From: Minutocellus sp. GHC0000111
Taxonomy: Eukaryota
Assembly: GCA_977018835.1 (NCBI GenBank)
Contig: OZ361261.1
Coordinates: forward strand, 2,356,001-2,420,000
Direction of reading: 5' to 3'
DNA: 64,000 nt
Shown: in pieces, positions 11,319 through 24,639 of the stretch
Numbering within the stretch: position 1 is the first letter of the stretch
Layout: each line of letters begins with the position of its first letter
Notes under the pieces: model-generated
What the model saw: only the letters and a program-made list of their open reading frames with translations
What the model was told of the DNA's origin: nothing
Database searches by the model: none
Program-made: the position numbers and the translations under genes

Positions 11319-13462
11319 ATGAACCAAACAACCCGGCGGAGACCCCTGCCGGGCTCCGCCGCTGCAATTTCAGCCTCGTCGTCGCAGCCGGTATCTTCCG
11401 ATGCGACGTCTGCGTCTGCTCGTTCCACGAACGGCAGCAACGGCCCAGCAATGCTGGCGTCTGCCTCCCACGCTGGTAATAATCACACTTCTTCGTCGTC
11501 AATGATGAACGGCGGCTCGTCCTCGTCGGCAGCAGTAACAGCCCCGCCTCGAAGCGGTGGGTTTCCCGGTCGCGTATCTTTGCGTCAGAATAGCGGCGCC
11601 AATGGAACTGCAAACGCAAACATTAACAATGGACACAACCCAGGCATGAACGGTCATGCAACTCCAAACTCAGCGACCGCCACCCAACTGCCCCTCCTCA
11701 CCAGCACGCAACGACAAAAGCGCCGTACCAAGCTACGGCATCGGCGTCGTTTGGCAACTATTCTCCAAAAGCTGTTCGGTATCAAATTTCGCAGTTGGCC
11801 AGAATCATCGTCATTTGTTTGCTTTTTGTCGTCTTGGGGCTGGTCGGCATCCTGTGCAGCGTCCTTTGGAGGGGGCTGCATTCCCCTGTTGCGACGGATA
11901 TTGGCCACGTGGATGGCATTGTTGATGACGATGCAGGACCAATTGTGGATGATGATCGCCATCCTCGCAATCGCAACAATCGGCCGCATCATCATCACCA
12001 TCAGCTCAACCAGCTGAGCGAGCACAGGGTCAACACGCACAACGATTTGGATGAAGGAGCTGGAGGAGCGGGCGATGGTTCGCATCTGGAGAACAATGCC
12101 GTCCATCCCGACGATATCGGGGATGGGGAGGACGACGGGGTGACGGATGCCGCGGCGGCGGCGCTGGCGGCTGCGACGGCCGCCAAGGCCAAGGAGCGGG
12201 ATCGCGCGGAGGAGGTGGCCCGGCAAGCAAATGCCATTGCTGATGCTGATGGTGCTAGTGATACTGGTGGAAAGGCAAAGCCAAGCGGCAAGACTGGTAT
12301 TGCTGACGATGGCATTGCAACGAATGAAGTGCAAAAGACAAAGAACGCCAGTGCCAATCGACAAATGCCGACGTTCAAGCTGCAATTGGAGGGTGCGCCG
12401 CCGTGTACAGAGCTCCAACCTGCGGACATATCCTTCACGTTGGTGACGCAACTATCGACCGATCGGTTATGGATGATGGAACAGCATTGTCATCGGTGGG
12501 GGCTGGATGCGCCCATTTCCGTCGTATTTTTCACCGACGAAACACCTGAGAGCATCACGGATCAGTTGCTGGCATTGGGCTGTCGTCGCGATCAGCTCAC
12601 GGTCCAAACGTTGTCGACCAAGGCCTACGGCAAGACGGAATATCCCGTCAACAAAATGCGCAACATGGCATTGGCGGTGGTCAAAACCTCTCACGTCATG
12701 TATATCGACGTGGACTTTTGGGAGGCCGAACGACTTCGGGAGGTATTGGAGATGGACAGCATCAAGGAGGAATTCGCCAAGGATCACAAGCTCGCGGCAG
12801 TTGTCCCGGCATTCCAGATTATGCGCCAATGCAAGGAGTATCGCGACTGCCGAGAAGAAAATTTGGCCAAAATGCCCAACACGACGGAGCAGATGATGGA
12901 CCTGGTCAAGAATGCGTCGGCAGGGGCTTTCGATCCGACTAATCGTGGGGGACACGGCAGCACCTCGTATGGGGCGTGGTATCTGCAGAAGGAAGGTGAA
13001 ATGTACGACATCCCCTGCTTCAAGTCCAAGCGATATGAGCCGTATTTGGCATTTCGATACTGCCAGGACCTGCCCCCGTTCCAGGAGCAATTTACTGGAT
13101 ATGGCAAGAATAAGCTCACGTGGGTGATGCAAATGAGGCGTATGGGCTGGGATTTCGTCCAGCTTGGTCAGATTTTCCTGGTTCATTATCCGCATTTGGA
13201 CAGCGCTTCCAGATTAGAATGGAACGAAGGTCCCAAGAAAATTCAAGATCCTGTCAAACTCAAGGATGGCACTGTGAGACGAAGGGAACCAAAGGAGGTT
13301 GACAATGTCGATTGGAGCCAATATCAGCGGGGACAAGTCGATCAATTGTACGTTGACTTTCGGCATTGGCTCGAGACTGATGTACCAGACAATGCCAGGG
13401 TCCAGCCCTGCAAGGATGCCGTTGACGATGATAGTATGCTGAGGATCAATAAGGATGAGTAG
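11319..13462 (+). CDS. Glycosyltransferase family GT49 (LARGE/B4GAT1-like), type II membrane protein; frameshift near 11750
   Basis: TLVTQLSTDRL, YPVNKMRNMAL, YIDVDF (DxD), YEPY, FTGYGKNK and FLVHYPH. TM segment IIVICLLFVVLGLVGILCSVLW. Confidence 0.8.
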
Positions 13463-13878
13463 TCACGATATTCAAGCTACAGGTAGTCATAGAGAAACTA
13501 CATATTCTTTTGATGTTATTGGTTTATATTCTATTCGTTTGGTGCGCAAACAGAGCATTGTTCTATCTATTCTGTTTGTCGCAATAGATTAGTGGGGTGC
13601 CAAGGCGACAGAGTTGTCGCGGCAAGCATCGTAGGAAATGAGGACGAGTTACACCACGCGCTGCTTCAAAGAGAAGTGGCATGTCAGAAGTTCCTGGAAG
13701 GTGTCTTTCGCGATGAATGGATTTTTTTCTGTGTTTTCTGTGTAGGTAGCGCTAACACCTGTCAACTTCTGTGGGTAACAACTTACTTACTCGAAAGTAA
13801 GAAATGATTCTCAATCAAAGATACTTGCCGCGGCCAACCCCGCCGCCTGGCCCCGGAAGCACTTTGCGTTGGCCCTAC

Positions 13879-14224
13879 CTACAAGCTTCCATCGTCGATG
13901 GGGTTCCACTCGCCCTTGCCGCCACCGCCGCCGCCCTGCTTCTTCTCCTTTCGGTTGGGCAGGTGATCATGCTTGCGGGCAATGTTGCGCTTGGCCGATC
14001 CTTCCTCGACTCCCCTGGTCTCGGGAACCTTCTTGTCGTTGTTGATACTGCGGATTGATGCCAAACGATCGGAAGTGTTGAAGAAGATGAACGAAGAGTT
14101 GTGAGAAAGATCGCCAGGTGTCAACGAACTGAAAGTAGCGGCACATGCTATTACCCCGAACGACACACAAATGAGATCAGATAAATGAATGAACACAAAC
14201 AATAACTCACGCCTTCTGCGTCAT
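13879..14224 (-). CDS. 60-aa basic microprotein with KKxGGGxKGxW motif; 2 exons (14224-14211, 14047-13879)
   Basis: ATG ACG CAG AAG GC|gtgagt...ccgcag|T ATC AAC gives MTQKAINNDKKVPETRGVEEGSAKRNIARKHDHLPNRKEKKQGGGGGGKGEWNPIDDGSL. An A/C-rich leader precedes the ATG. Confidence 0.65.
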
Positions 14225-14639
14225 GCTTTGAGTTGTGTTGATTGAGTTGGTTGGATTTGGTTTGTTGTTGTTCGTTTTATTTGATTTATGAGAGGGTTCG
14301 ATGAACGACCGAGCACCCTGAAGCGTCTTTGCATCTTGGCTCCGGGCCCCACAAAAAGAACGCCGCGATGACATCCGAAGAAGGTCGGCTTCTTGTGATA
14401 GCTCTCCGGGTTCTAGATTACAGTCGAACAAGTCCATGTACTGTAAGTGCGTCGCAAAAATAGATGAGTAAAACGAAAAATCAAGCAGCGGTTACAGAAG
14501 CGTTTTGCAAACCCGTGACGTCGGAGGGAGTTCTTCGAAAAATTGCGCCATCGGCTGATCAAATTAGTTGCTCAAGTAAAGAGTAACGATAGAGGCGGTC
14601 CTGGCACAACCATAACCAACCAACCTCGACGGGACGACA

Positions 14640-15482
14640 ATGAGTCCTTCCGAAGTAGCAGCTGCTGCGGCTTCAGCAGGAGGAAGCCCACCGAAAACCC
14701 CTCATCGCCAGCAACAACAACATGTGGAAGTGATGCAAGAAAATGAGGACTATCAAGTTCTGGTTGATGCCCGGGTTGAGGCGGGCCGAAGGCCATCCGT
14801 CGAGGTTATACTGCGTCCTGATCCATGGACGTCTCTTCGCGGTGAAATGTTGCTGGAACAAGAGGATGTCGAGTGCACTCCGACTCGTGCTGGTCTCGTC
14901 AAATGCCTCCAGACCGACTTTGATGACGCTGCTGCCTTCGGCATTCCCGCCATCGAATCTGCTCGACCCATCGACGGTACCGTCGGCAGCGTCAACCAAA
15001 AGGGAGATTCTCTCATCGACCGAACCATCGATTTGCAACGTCACATGAGCCGAGTCCAATCAGAGATATCTTTTGATCATAGCATCATGGCAGAACAACT
15101 CCAACGTCGTCATCAACGAGGCTGGCTAACTTCTTCGTCTCAACAGGAGCAGGGCACTTTCGACAGCGAAGATAATAGCTTCCTGTTCAACTCTCCTCGG
15201 GGAGTGACCACGTTGGCTCCCTTCTTCCAACCTCGCTCGACGACGCCGAACCATTTGGCGGATTCTACCGGTATGAGCTGTGGCGTCCTCTCCACTGCCT
15301 TCAAGAGTAGTCTCATGGTCTGCACAAATGCCAAGGCCGTCGCCCGTAGCAAGTACGCCTCGGCCGCTGAAACGCACGCAAAGAGTGTCAGCGGCGCAAG
15401 TCAGGAGCACACGGTCAGTCTAACCGATAGCCAAATGACATCGGAACTTCGCCTGGTTAGCATTGCCGGCCTTGACTCTTAA
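14640..15482 (+). CDS. Hypothetical protein (280 aa)
   Basis: Intact ATG-TAA ORF with no recognised domain. Confidence 0.5.
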   Translation: MSPSEVAAAAASAGGSPPKTPHRQQQQHVEVMQENEDYQVLVDARVEAGRRPSVEVILRPDPWTSLRGEMLLEQEDVECTPTRAGLVKCLQTDFDDAAAFGIPAIESARPIDGTVGSVNQKGDSLIDRTIDLQRHMSRVQSEISFDHSIMAEQLQRRHQRGWLTSSSQQEQGTFDSEDNSFLFNSPRGVTTLAPFFQPRSTTPNHLADSTGMSCGVLSTAFKSSLMVCTNAKAVARSKYASAAETHAKSVSGASQEHTVSLTDSQMTSELRLVSIAGLDS

Positions 15483-15904
15483 AAAGCAAACAACCAACAC
15501 CTTCACAAAGAATGAATGGCGCGCGCAAAACGACTACACTCGTGTCGAAGCGCTTTCGTGCCAAATAGACGAAACTGACAACAGTTCAAACTACAACAGT
15601 GAACACGGAAGGCGAACTCTTCGCCCCTTGACCCATCCACAATTGAATATATTTTTGACACAGGAGAATATGCTCAAGTCAGCTCGATTGATAACAACCA
15701 CACCTGACGCATACACTTAATAGAACAGCAAGAGGCGAATAATCGTCTCTCCACCCCCACCCCCTTGACTGAACACACACGCCAAGGCCCTTGCACACGC
15801 TGTACAAATCTTTTATTAGCGCTAACTTTCATAAACTATATATTTATTTGATGATTGAAAAATATATATGTCTTCTTATAACTTTTCGTCGTCCTCTAGG
15901 ATTC

Positions 15905-16702
15905 CTAATCCAAAAAGAAAAGGCTCGCGAATGCAGCAGATACTGATATCATGAAGGTGAGGACATTGTGCGAATTGATGGCTAATCCATCGCTCGTGAA
16001 AGGATTGTCAGCAAAGCATTGATCCATCTGGTTTGACCACTGCAAACCAACCCGAAAGCTGGGCTGATAGCCACCGCCACGGCAAATGTTGCAGTCGTCT
16101 TCGATTCCGCCACAGATGTTGATCTGGATGGTGCTAGAATTAGAATAAGCACCTATGGTCGTATTGTACCGCCCGTTCATCACGTCAGGACACACAGTTC
16201 CCCAGCCATTCTGTGAGCTGAGACCGCAAGCATTTGTCAGAGTTCTATCGGGAGGGACAGACCCAGTTCCAAAGTCAGACCCTGAGCAAGTACACTGATA
16301 GCATGGAGCTGTTCCCCTATAGGAGTCGCTGCTCTTGCAGTACTGAACGTCGTCGGGGTTTAAATTAGAGCCCGTATGACGCCCGATGATCAGCCAGCAC
16401 TTATTCCATTCATCGCAGGGCATGTCGCCAACGCTTGTTGGGATGGGTAGGTCTTCGATGCATAACTTGACTTGTGGGTTGGGGGGTGAGATCTGGGTCG
16501 TTGGCACTGTAAGCATTACTGGCACATCTGATTCAATGTCGCCTCCTGCCATGAACATCTCAAAATTATCCTGGTAGCTCGGATCGACATAATCCGCGAG
16601 TGGAGCGCAGGAAACCGGGACGGGCGAGTCTTCGGTTTGAGCAGCTGCGCAATGAGCAATGAAGATGATGGCGGCTATCGGTAGTGAAAGTAGGCGGTAC
16701 AT
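15905..16702 (-). CDS. Secreted Cys-rich protein with hydrophobic C-terminus (possible GPI anchor)
   Basis: Signal peptide MYRLLSLPIAAIIFIAHCAAA, many Cys residues, and C-terminal VLTFMISVSAAFASLFFLD. Confidence 0.7.
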   Translation of the reverse strand: MYRLLSLPIAAIIFIAHCAAAQTEDSPVPVSCAPLADYVDPSYQDNFEMFMAGGDIESDVPVMLTVPTTQISPPNPQVKLCIEDLPIPTSVGDMPCDEWNKCWLIIGRHTGSNLNPDDVQYCKSSDSYRGTAPCYQCTCSGSDFGTGSVPPDRTLTNACGLSSQNGWGTVCPDVMNGRYNTTIGAYSNSSTIQINICGGIEDDCNICRGGGYQPSFRVGLQWSNQMDQCFADNPFTSDGLAINSHNVLTFMISVSAAFASLFFLD

Positions 16703-17107
16703 TTGTGCTGGTCAAATCAACGAAGGATTGAATTTGCAAATTGTCAAGTTCCGGCGGGCTGGTATTAATGAACTCCAGGAGGGTTGAGAAATGAGATACA
16801 ATTTGAAGCGCGCAAATCCTTTGGGTTCGCTGGTGCCGCTCGAGTTGATTCCCATGGTTGAACGGAAGGAACAACAACGAAGCGAAAGTCCCGTTGCATG
16901 CTGCCGCTGCGCTGCAGCATGCATTTTGCTTTGGTCAACACCCCGAAAGAGTCACGAGCTGTCTTCACGGAACCAATCCGGCCGGCTGCGTTCGAAGCAA
17001 CCAGAAAGAACCAGAAGCGCGGTGGTATCTTCCGCTGACTTGCTTGCTTGCTTGACTTCATCCCGACGAGCGGATAGCACAAAGTATCGGCAGCTTGAGC
17101 CCGAACC

Positions 17108-19421
17108 ATGATTGCAACAAAACCGGCAGGAGCCGAAGAGGAGAAGAAGACCGGCGAAGGAGCGGTACCGCCGCCTCCCCGGCCTTCCTCCTCATCAGAC
17201 AAGTCGCACATACCTTTCTCAGGCATCACTTCCACGTCTCCCCATTCCAACGCTCGAAGAAACACTGGAACGCTTCCAGAAGGTTGTCTACGCCATCCAA
17301 ACCCCGGAGGAACGGGAGCAAACCAAGACCGACGTGGAGGAATTCATTGCCAGCGGTGACGGGCCCAAACTGCAATCGATGCTGATTGCATACGACGAGG
17401 AGGGAGAGAGGAATGGAACGCTCGGCAGCTACATCGAGGAGTTTTGGTCGGACGCCTATCTTGCTCCTGATACCAGCGTGGTGATGAATCTCAACCCATT
17501 CTTTCTATTGGAGGATGGGCCAGATGCCAAGCTTGCCAAGTCACAAGTTGGTAGAGCCGCGAGTCTGGTCTTTGCAAGCGCCAAGATGGCCAGCTTACTC
17601 CGTCGGGAGGAACTAACGCCCGATGTGTTCAAGGGCAAACCGCTGTGCATGGATCAGTTCAAGGCTCTGTTCGGCTCATGCCGCGTTCCGAAGCAAGATC
17701 GAGATGTGGTGGAGGTTGTCCATGACTCGTCTCATATCGTTGTGCTTGCCAAGAATCAGTTTTACTACTTTACCGCCCTATGGCCGGACGGGACAGTTGC
17801 TGTGAGTGAAGCCGACATCAAGGAGATTCTGACGGCCATTCTGCACGATGCCGACAAGATGGACCAGGAGATGTCCATCAAGCAAGCGCTTGGTGTGCTC
17901 ACCACCCAGCCACGTAAGAAATGGGCCAAACTGCGGGAAAATCTGGTCCAATCAAGCCCTCACAATGCCGAGGCATTGGAGATTGTCGATTCGGCGCTCT
18001 TTGTGTTGGCCTTGGATGACTATGCCCCCAGGGATGTGCATGAGGGAATCGCCAACATGCTGCACGGCACTTACAAGGTGGATTGCAAGACCAAGCTGGA
18101 GCACGAGGAGATGCTTCAAACTGGAACCTCGTGCAATAGATGGTACGATAAGCTGCAGATCATTGTCTGTGCAGATGGCAGTGCCGGTGTGAATTTTGAG
18201 CACGCCGCAATTGACGGACATACCGCGCTGAGATATGCATCAGACGTGTTCGCGGAAACGATTGTGAGTTTTGCCCAGAGTATTACCCGAACTATTTACG
18301 GAAAGGGGAGCCCCGAGAGCATCACCGATGTCATCAAGGCAGGTGTAGAGTGCGCGGCAATTGCTGTGGATGCGCAAGGTCGGCCCTGTGGCGTGGACAC
18401 CAGTCCCAAGAAGCTGGAGTTTGACATCCCCGGAAACATATTGGACCAAATTTCTTATGCCGAAGCATCCTTTGGTGATGAGATCTATGCGTCCGATACC
18501 TGTGCCCTGGAATTCAAGAAGTATGGCAAGAATTTCATTGTTGGTAACAAGATGAGCCCCGACTCGTTTGTTCAACTTTCCATGCTGGTGGCCTACTACA
18601 GTCTCTACGGCAAAGTGGTTTGCCAGTATGAGCCTGTCCTCACTAAAGCTTTTTATCATGGACGAACGGAGGCTATGCGGACGGCAACCTCTCCTGCCGC
18701 GGCCCTATGTGAAGCGTTCACTAGCCGCTTTACATCAAAAGAAGAAAAGCTCAAGGCTCAACAAAATGCCGCAAAGGAGCACTCAGCCCGCGTGAAAGAG
18801 GCGGCTGGCGGAAAGGGCGTTGACCGGCACCTGTATGCTTTGAAGTGTCTTGCCCAGAAGAAGAATATGGCGATGCCTAAATTCTTTGAATCGAATGGAT
18901 GGAAGGCCCTGAACCACACGGTCCTTTCGACATCTAATTGCGGTAATCCCGCCCTTCGCCACTTTGGGTTTGGTCCAGTCGTACCGGACGGCTTTGGAAT
19001 CGGTTACGTTACCAAGGACGACGGTCTACAGTACAGTATTTCGTCCAAACACCGACAAACGAAGCGATACGCACATGCTTTGAATAATGTTTTACTGGAA
19101 TTTGAGAAAACCATGAAGCCTTTGAGCAACGTTCGAGTCTCACGTGGATGTGAAATTCAGAGTTCTCTGCTCCAAAAGAGAGATTCTGCCATTGAGTACG
19201 CCGAAGGCCTTGATTACTTTGGTGAGCTAGCAGATTCACCGCCGTCAGCTCCGCCTTCAACTCATAGTGAATCCATTTCTCGGAGCGACTCAGCGGGATA
19301 CTTTGCGCGTGTGGTCCGGCGCGACTCAATAATGACGGAGGAGCGCTTGAAGATGGCGGGAAAGCTTGTTGAAGCCCTCAAGCTGGACGACTCTATCGAA
19401 GAGGTTGAGAAGGAGAAGTGA
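17108..19421 (+). CDS. Choline/carnitine O-acyltransferase family; frameshift near 17205
   Basis: LPRLPIPTLEETL, PLCMDQF, NRWYDK, NFEHAAIDG (catalytic His), SPDSFVQL, FYHGRTE, GVDRHL, LSTSNCG and GFGPVVPDGFGIGY. Confidence 0.9.
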
Positions 19422-19499
19422 TTCCTCACCATAATTGTAACTACTCATTGCTGCAGAAATAATCAGAAGCAATGAAAGAAATTTATGGTTCTACTTTGC

Positions 19500-22400
19500 T
19501 TAGTTTGCAGTACAAGTTTTCCTTTGCTCTTCTCTCAGTGCATCCCATTCCTCGCGAGAAAACAAGTTCCTCATATGAATTTCAGCTTTGATATCGTTGA
19601 AATAAAGGTGCTGAATGTCGACTCCGATCTCAAGCACAAGCCAACGAACCAATGCATTAGCCGAATCAACGGTGTGCCCCTCACAAGTCTTATAAACGTC
19701 GCCGTCTTCTTCGGTCCACATTTTAATTATGTCGTCCCTTTCTTCTGTTGACTCACGATAATCATTATTAAAATTGCACAAAATTTGTTCCACCAAATTG
19801 AGTGGACTCCCTTCTTTATCAAAGTAAGTAACCATTGGATCTAGGCCGTGGGATATGAAGAGCTTCATGATCCTGAAGGTTATGTGAGGACCAACCGCGG
19901 CATCGCACAGTTTGTTGTCGAATAGAATACGCTTGCTGCACCGCTCTGCGTTTTCCGTTATCGCAATAAATTCTCGAACTTCGGGTCTGCAAAGAAACCA
20001 CTCTATGATTCGATAATTCTTGTCGACTTTCTCCTTTGTGCGCTTGATCCATGCAACAGGATCTTTCTGGGCCAGATTCGTTTCCTCCCTTAAACCAACC
20101 ACTGGGTCGGTGGAGAAAAAAATACTTCTTACGAGGCGTAGTGGGAGGCCTTGGTACAGATACTGGATTTCGAATTCATCGTCTTCATACTTGTCAAGAC
20201 CAATTAGATCAATCAAGAGGTCTTTACGCTTTCCGAAATATTTGCTTGAGCTATCAGTCTCCGTAAAGTATTTCACAAACGTCTCCAGACCAAACAACAC
20301 ATTTTGGCTGGAACAATAGAAAACTCTCTCGGTGATTTTGTGAACAAGGGTGGTTTCGTTGAAGCCTTCTTCTAGTCTTTTGCGTTCGAGAATGAGCGAG
20401 AGAGCCCAATTCATAATTTTAGGATCCCGGCGGTGAAAGATTACGTCGAAAGCACTTTTGTATTGGTCACCAATGCGATAATTTATGCCATGCAGCAACT
20501 CCCATCGGGAAGGATCAAAGAACCGAGCTAGATTTCTGTGGCGATCCACACCAAATGGTCTCTTGCAATCAGGCAGTGTCAACGCCAGTTCTTTTGTACT
20601 TTCAATGCCCTTTTTTATTTCGTCGAGGGTCTTCCCATTGCTTATACCCTCCATTGCATGTTGTGTGCACCTATATATTTCACTCGCCGCATCGTCGACG
20701 CGATCAAGGGTGTTAAAGAGTGGGCAAAATGCATCCCATTTATTTCGATCTTTTACCATTTTGCGCAGAGAAACGTCGATTGAATACTCAACATCTTCTT
20801 CTCTGGAGATATCAAAAATTTGGGTAAATGATTTCATCTTGCAAAAACAAGCAAGCATTGAAATGCAGCAACCTTCGATAACAACGTCGCCCACAAATTT
20901 TATGATTTCCCCACGCATTTCCCCACGCATATCTCGATCGCCGTTGAACAATTTAATCGAAGAATAATGCTTCCATATGTCCAAGGACGTTGCAATGTTG
21001 ACAAACTGTTTCCAATTTTTGATTCCAGCCTCGGCCAAACGCCAAAAATTGTAGTCGTCAATCGCTGTTAGGATGTGGAGAGCCGATAGTTCCGTCGGTT
21101 GAAATTCGACTGCGCATTTTACCGTTGCCTCAGAGCACGTGTCTGCACGTGAAGCGTTCTCTTCAACTTGCTGCTCCAATGTTCTGTAGTCTAGGTCCTT
21201 CGGGCGAGAAATGACCTGGTAAGCTATGAATCGCCTTGCCTCACTTCTTAGCAGTTCGTTGGTGCTGCAAGTGAGAACAAGATAGTGCCAACGCTTCGGT
21301 AGTACGCCTTCGAGCTCTCCTATCGTCTGAAGATAGGTGAATGCTTCCTCGCAGCGCGAAGAGGAAAATTTATTTCTAACCGACATTAGTAACATGTGGA
21401 TGGGGCTCTTTTGGCTGATTTCAGAGCGTATATTTGCAATGTTTTTTTCTTCCTCGGTCAATCCGTCCTCCAATCCATCAAAGATCTTCTTCTCGTCTTC
21501 AGTATACTCATAGTTCCATATGTAATCGCGACGTCGGTTTGAGAGATCTTCCTCGGTTTCGACGAAATCAATTCGAGCGGCCTGGTCTTCACTGAGTACA
21601 GTGTTTAGGCGGCAAAAAGAAGAATCGTCGTCGAACTGGTCCCGATCGAGGCCGCCCAAGAGCAGATGAGAATATCCATTCTCGCAAAGCCACCTCACGA
21701 TCAGTAATTGTCCATGGGAGAGGGCAACATACAAAATGTTTATCCCATCCCTTGCCTTGAAACTTTCGGGGTCGACCGTTTTGATGTTGACAAGCCACTC
21801 AAATATATTGATTGCGCCGCAGCAAGCCGAAAATCCAAGAAGAGCCTCACCGACAGTGGTGCCTGGACGGCACTCGCTTATGTCAAGATTGGGAGAGCTA
21901 GGAGCGTAACGCCGGTGGCTAGCTGTTCGCCAGAGGCCATCTGCAATATTGAGAGCGAATGCACGAGGAAGACTTGGCTTCACTTCCTTCCTGCAGTATG
22001 GGCAAGTACAAAAACCAAGAGTGAAGGAGAGATCGTCTTGCTCCGCCAGAACTTGGTGGGCTAATTCCGCCCTTTCTTCCGGAGAGGAATTTTCATCGAG
22101 CTCCTCTTCTTCTGCTTCTCTTACTTCTGGAAAGGTGTACCGGAATAGACACTGTTGGTGAAAGCTGTGTCCACAAGATAATGCATAGGGGTCAGTCATA
22201 TTCTCGAGGCAGATTACACACTCGTCATGGTCGTCATCACACTTCATCTCGTCATCATCAACGTCCATTTGGAGCTCTGAAGCTGGGGGGAACAACAGCG
22301 GAATGTTAAGATCGAGATATGAATACCCCTCACCACCTTCGCCATTATTCCTCGGCTTGGTTAGGAACTGGAAAAAGACCAATAAATCGAGGACAACGAA

Positions 22401-24104
22401 GCAAGAAAGCCGTGGCAAATCGGCTGCTGTGAATCCTGGTTCCTCTGAATAAGCAGTCTCTAAGAAGTACGAGACCAGCTTTCCATGACCAGATTGTTCA
22501 AACGACTCTAGCGGAATTCGGCCAGCAAGCTTTGAAGCAACGTAGACTTTCACTTCGACACCGAACAGCTTTTCTTCACTAGAGTGTTTCTTTATACCCT
22601 TGACATTTGACCACACGCTGTCCCAAAAGTCGCTAAGCTCGCCGTTATTTGGGGGGATAAAGCGAGTCATTTTCCCTGGCAACTGATGTGCAAAGATATG
22701 ACGACCATAACTACCGGTGTAATCTTTGTCACGCGGAAGCATCATTCTTTCAATGATAGCGCTACTAGGTTGGTACACACTCCGCTTATCCCCAGAGGAC
22801 TCAAGACTTTCTGCAACAATGCTATCAACCCAACCAAGAACAGCCTTTTCAGCAATCTTTTCAGCATTGTTCAGATACCACAGCCCGTCAAGTAAATAGC
22901 TATCGGCCCTGTAAGATCGCACCGACGGAGGTGCCTTGAATATTTTTAGAAGCCATGTTGCGCTGTCGTGATGGCCTGCCTTTACTGCTGAACAGAGCAG
23001 CGAAAAAAGACATTTCTTATCCTCTTCACTTCGATTCTGGATGTAGCGGTCAATATCAAAATCAGATTGTGATGCATTCCACCAAGGGCAAGCAAGCCCG
23101 CCGAATGTTTCTCTGATCCTTGGAAGAGAAAATTTATCGTTGTCTTTCACATAATCAACATGGAACTCACTCCGTTTGACATGGTAATGTCGCATCCATC
23201 GGTCCACTGCGTTGCGTACGCGAGGCTGCGCCTGGTACCTTGCCTAAAAAAATGTGAGGAATGAAATGTGACGTGAGTCTTCGGCTATGGCTTCGTACTT
23301 CTTCTCTCGAAGGTTCACTAGAACTTTCTGCACCAATGAATGAACATCTAGGCTACCGTCTTCAAATGTTCCGATTTCCTCCGCGGCATCAAAGCATTGC
23401 ATTTTCTGAATTGCCATCGGCAGACTGAAACCGCAAGAAGAAACAATTGGCAAAACGTACATTTGTTCTACCTTGAGGAAAATCGCTAGCACCCCAAGGC
23501 GTCCGTGATCGATAGCCAAGCTGAGAGGTGATTTGAGGTCATCGTTGAGGGTGGAGTTCCAATCCCAGTGATTCGTTCCTTTGGACCGGAAACCAAAGTA
23601 AGACTCGCTGTATCTTAGCAACCAGCGAACAAGAGGGGCATTTCCACCTTGGACAGCAAGGTGTAGAATTGTGTTCTTCTTGTCATCCGTGGAGTTCATG
23701 GATACCGGCGGTGGAAATTTGGTCGGTCTGATTCTCTTGCTCCCAGCCTTCTCCCCTTCATCATGGGGTGTAGGACAAAGCAGTTCCCTCACAAGGTATA
23801 GACATCCTCGGCGAGCGGCCTCTAGAAGTACCATCTCTCTCAGGACCGCATCATCTCCGATCTCCTCTCGAAGCATGTCACGAAGCAGCAACGTCCCTCT
23901 GCCTGCTGCAGGCGCCTTCCACCGTGAAATTTGTTTGTTGCCAGCTGTAGCACTAGCATGCTGCCAATATTTCCATCGACTGGTTCCTTTCTCGTCATCA
24001 ACCCGATGACGAAGGTCGCGGTACCTGTCCAATACCGTGGCGATCGGACGGGGCAAGCTCACCGTGGCATCGCGATCACCAGTGGCTCCCAGTTCAGCAC
24101 TCAT
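19500..24104 (-). CDS. Large ankyrin-repeat + RING finger protein; probably one intron ending near 23244
   Basis: Ankyrin motifs NTILHLAVQGGNAPLVRWLL, SPLSLAIDHGRL and NILYVALSHGQLLIVRWL. RING CVICLE..LSCGHSFHQQC...CPYCR. A polypyrimidine-AG acceptor lies at about 23244; the donor was not determined. Confidence 0.7.
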
Positions 24105-24639
24105 CACAGCCAACCTTTCAAATGGCAGGGCAGTAGGCGTTCGGGTATCTGGTTCGGTATGACTTCCACTTCAACACGCCCGAGAGGCCTGCCTTGCTGC
24201 CGATGATTTTGTGCTGTTCTTCGGGCCGGTCGCTTGATGAGCGGCAGCAGCAGCGCCGCCCCAGCTGAGCGCGATTTGTGTTTGTCCGCCGTCCGCTGGT
24301 TGATGTCAAAAGATCGCCATAGTAAGATACTGCAACGATGAGCATGACCAGAACCGCCACCAGCACCACCAGGCGCAGCCTCACCATCGTTTGCGTGGCT
24401 TTCACGGCCTAATAGCAGGCGCTAGTGCGTCAAGTCTGACGACGCACCAGTCGTCCAGAAAGCCAAGTCTGCGGTCAGCAAGAACATCATTGAGGCGCAA
24501 AGTGAAAGTAGAAAGTGACGCACGTCCATTGGCATTCTTCAACTCCAAGAAGGAGGCTGACAAGTTGCCAACTCACCATGAGGCAGATAATATCGCCCCG
24601 CCATTACTGTTGCGCCCATGGATCCATTTGTATCAAAAG

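Noticed and set aside
11779..11794. 16-nt GT...AG micro-intron that would fix the GT49 frame
   Set aside because: Far shorter than the other introns here (about 100-200 nt). A missing T at the T-run near 11750 restores the frame more simply.
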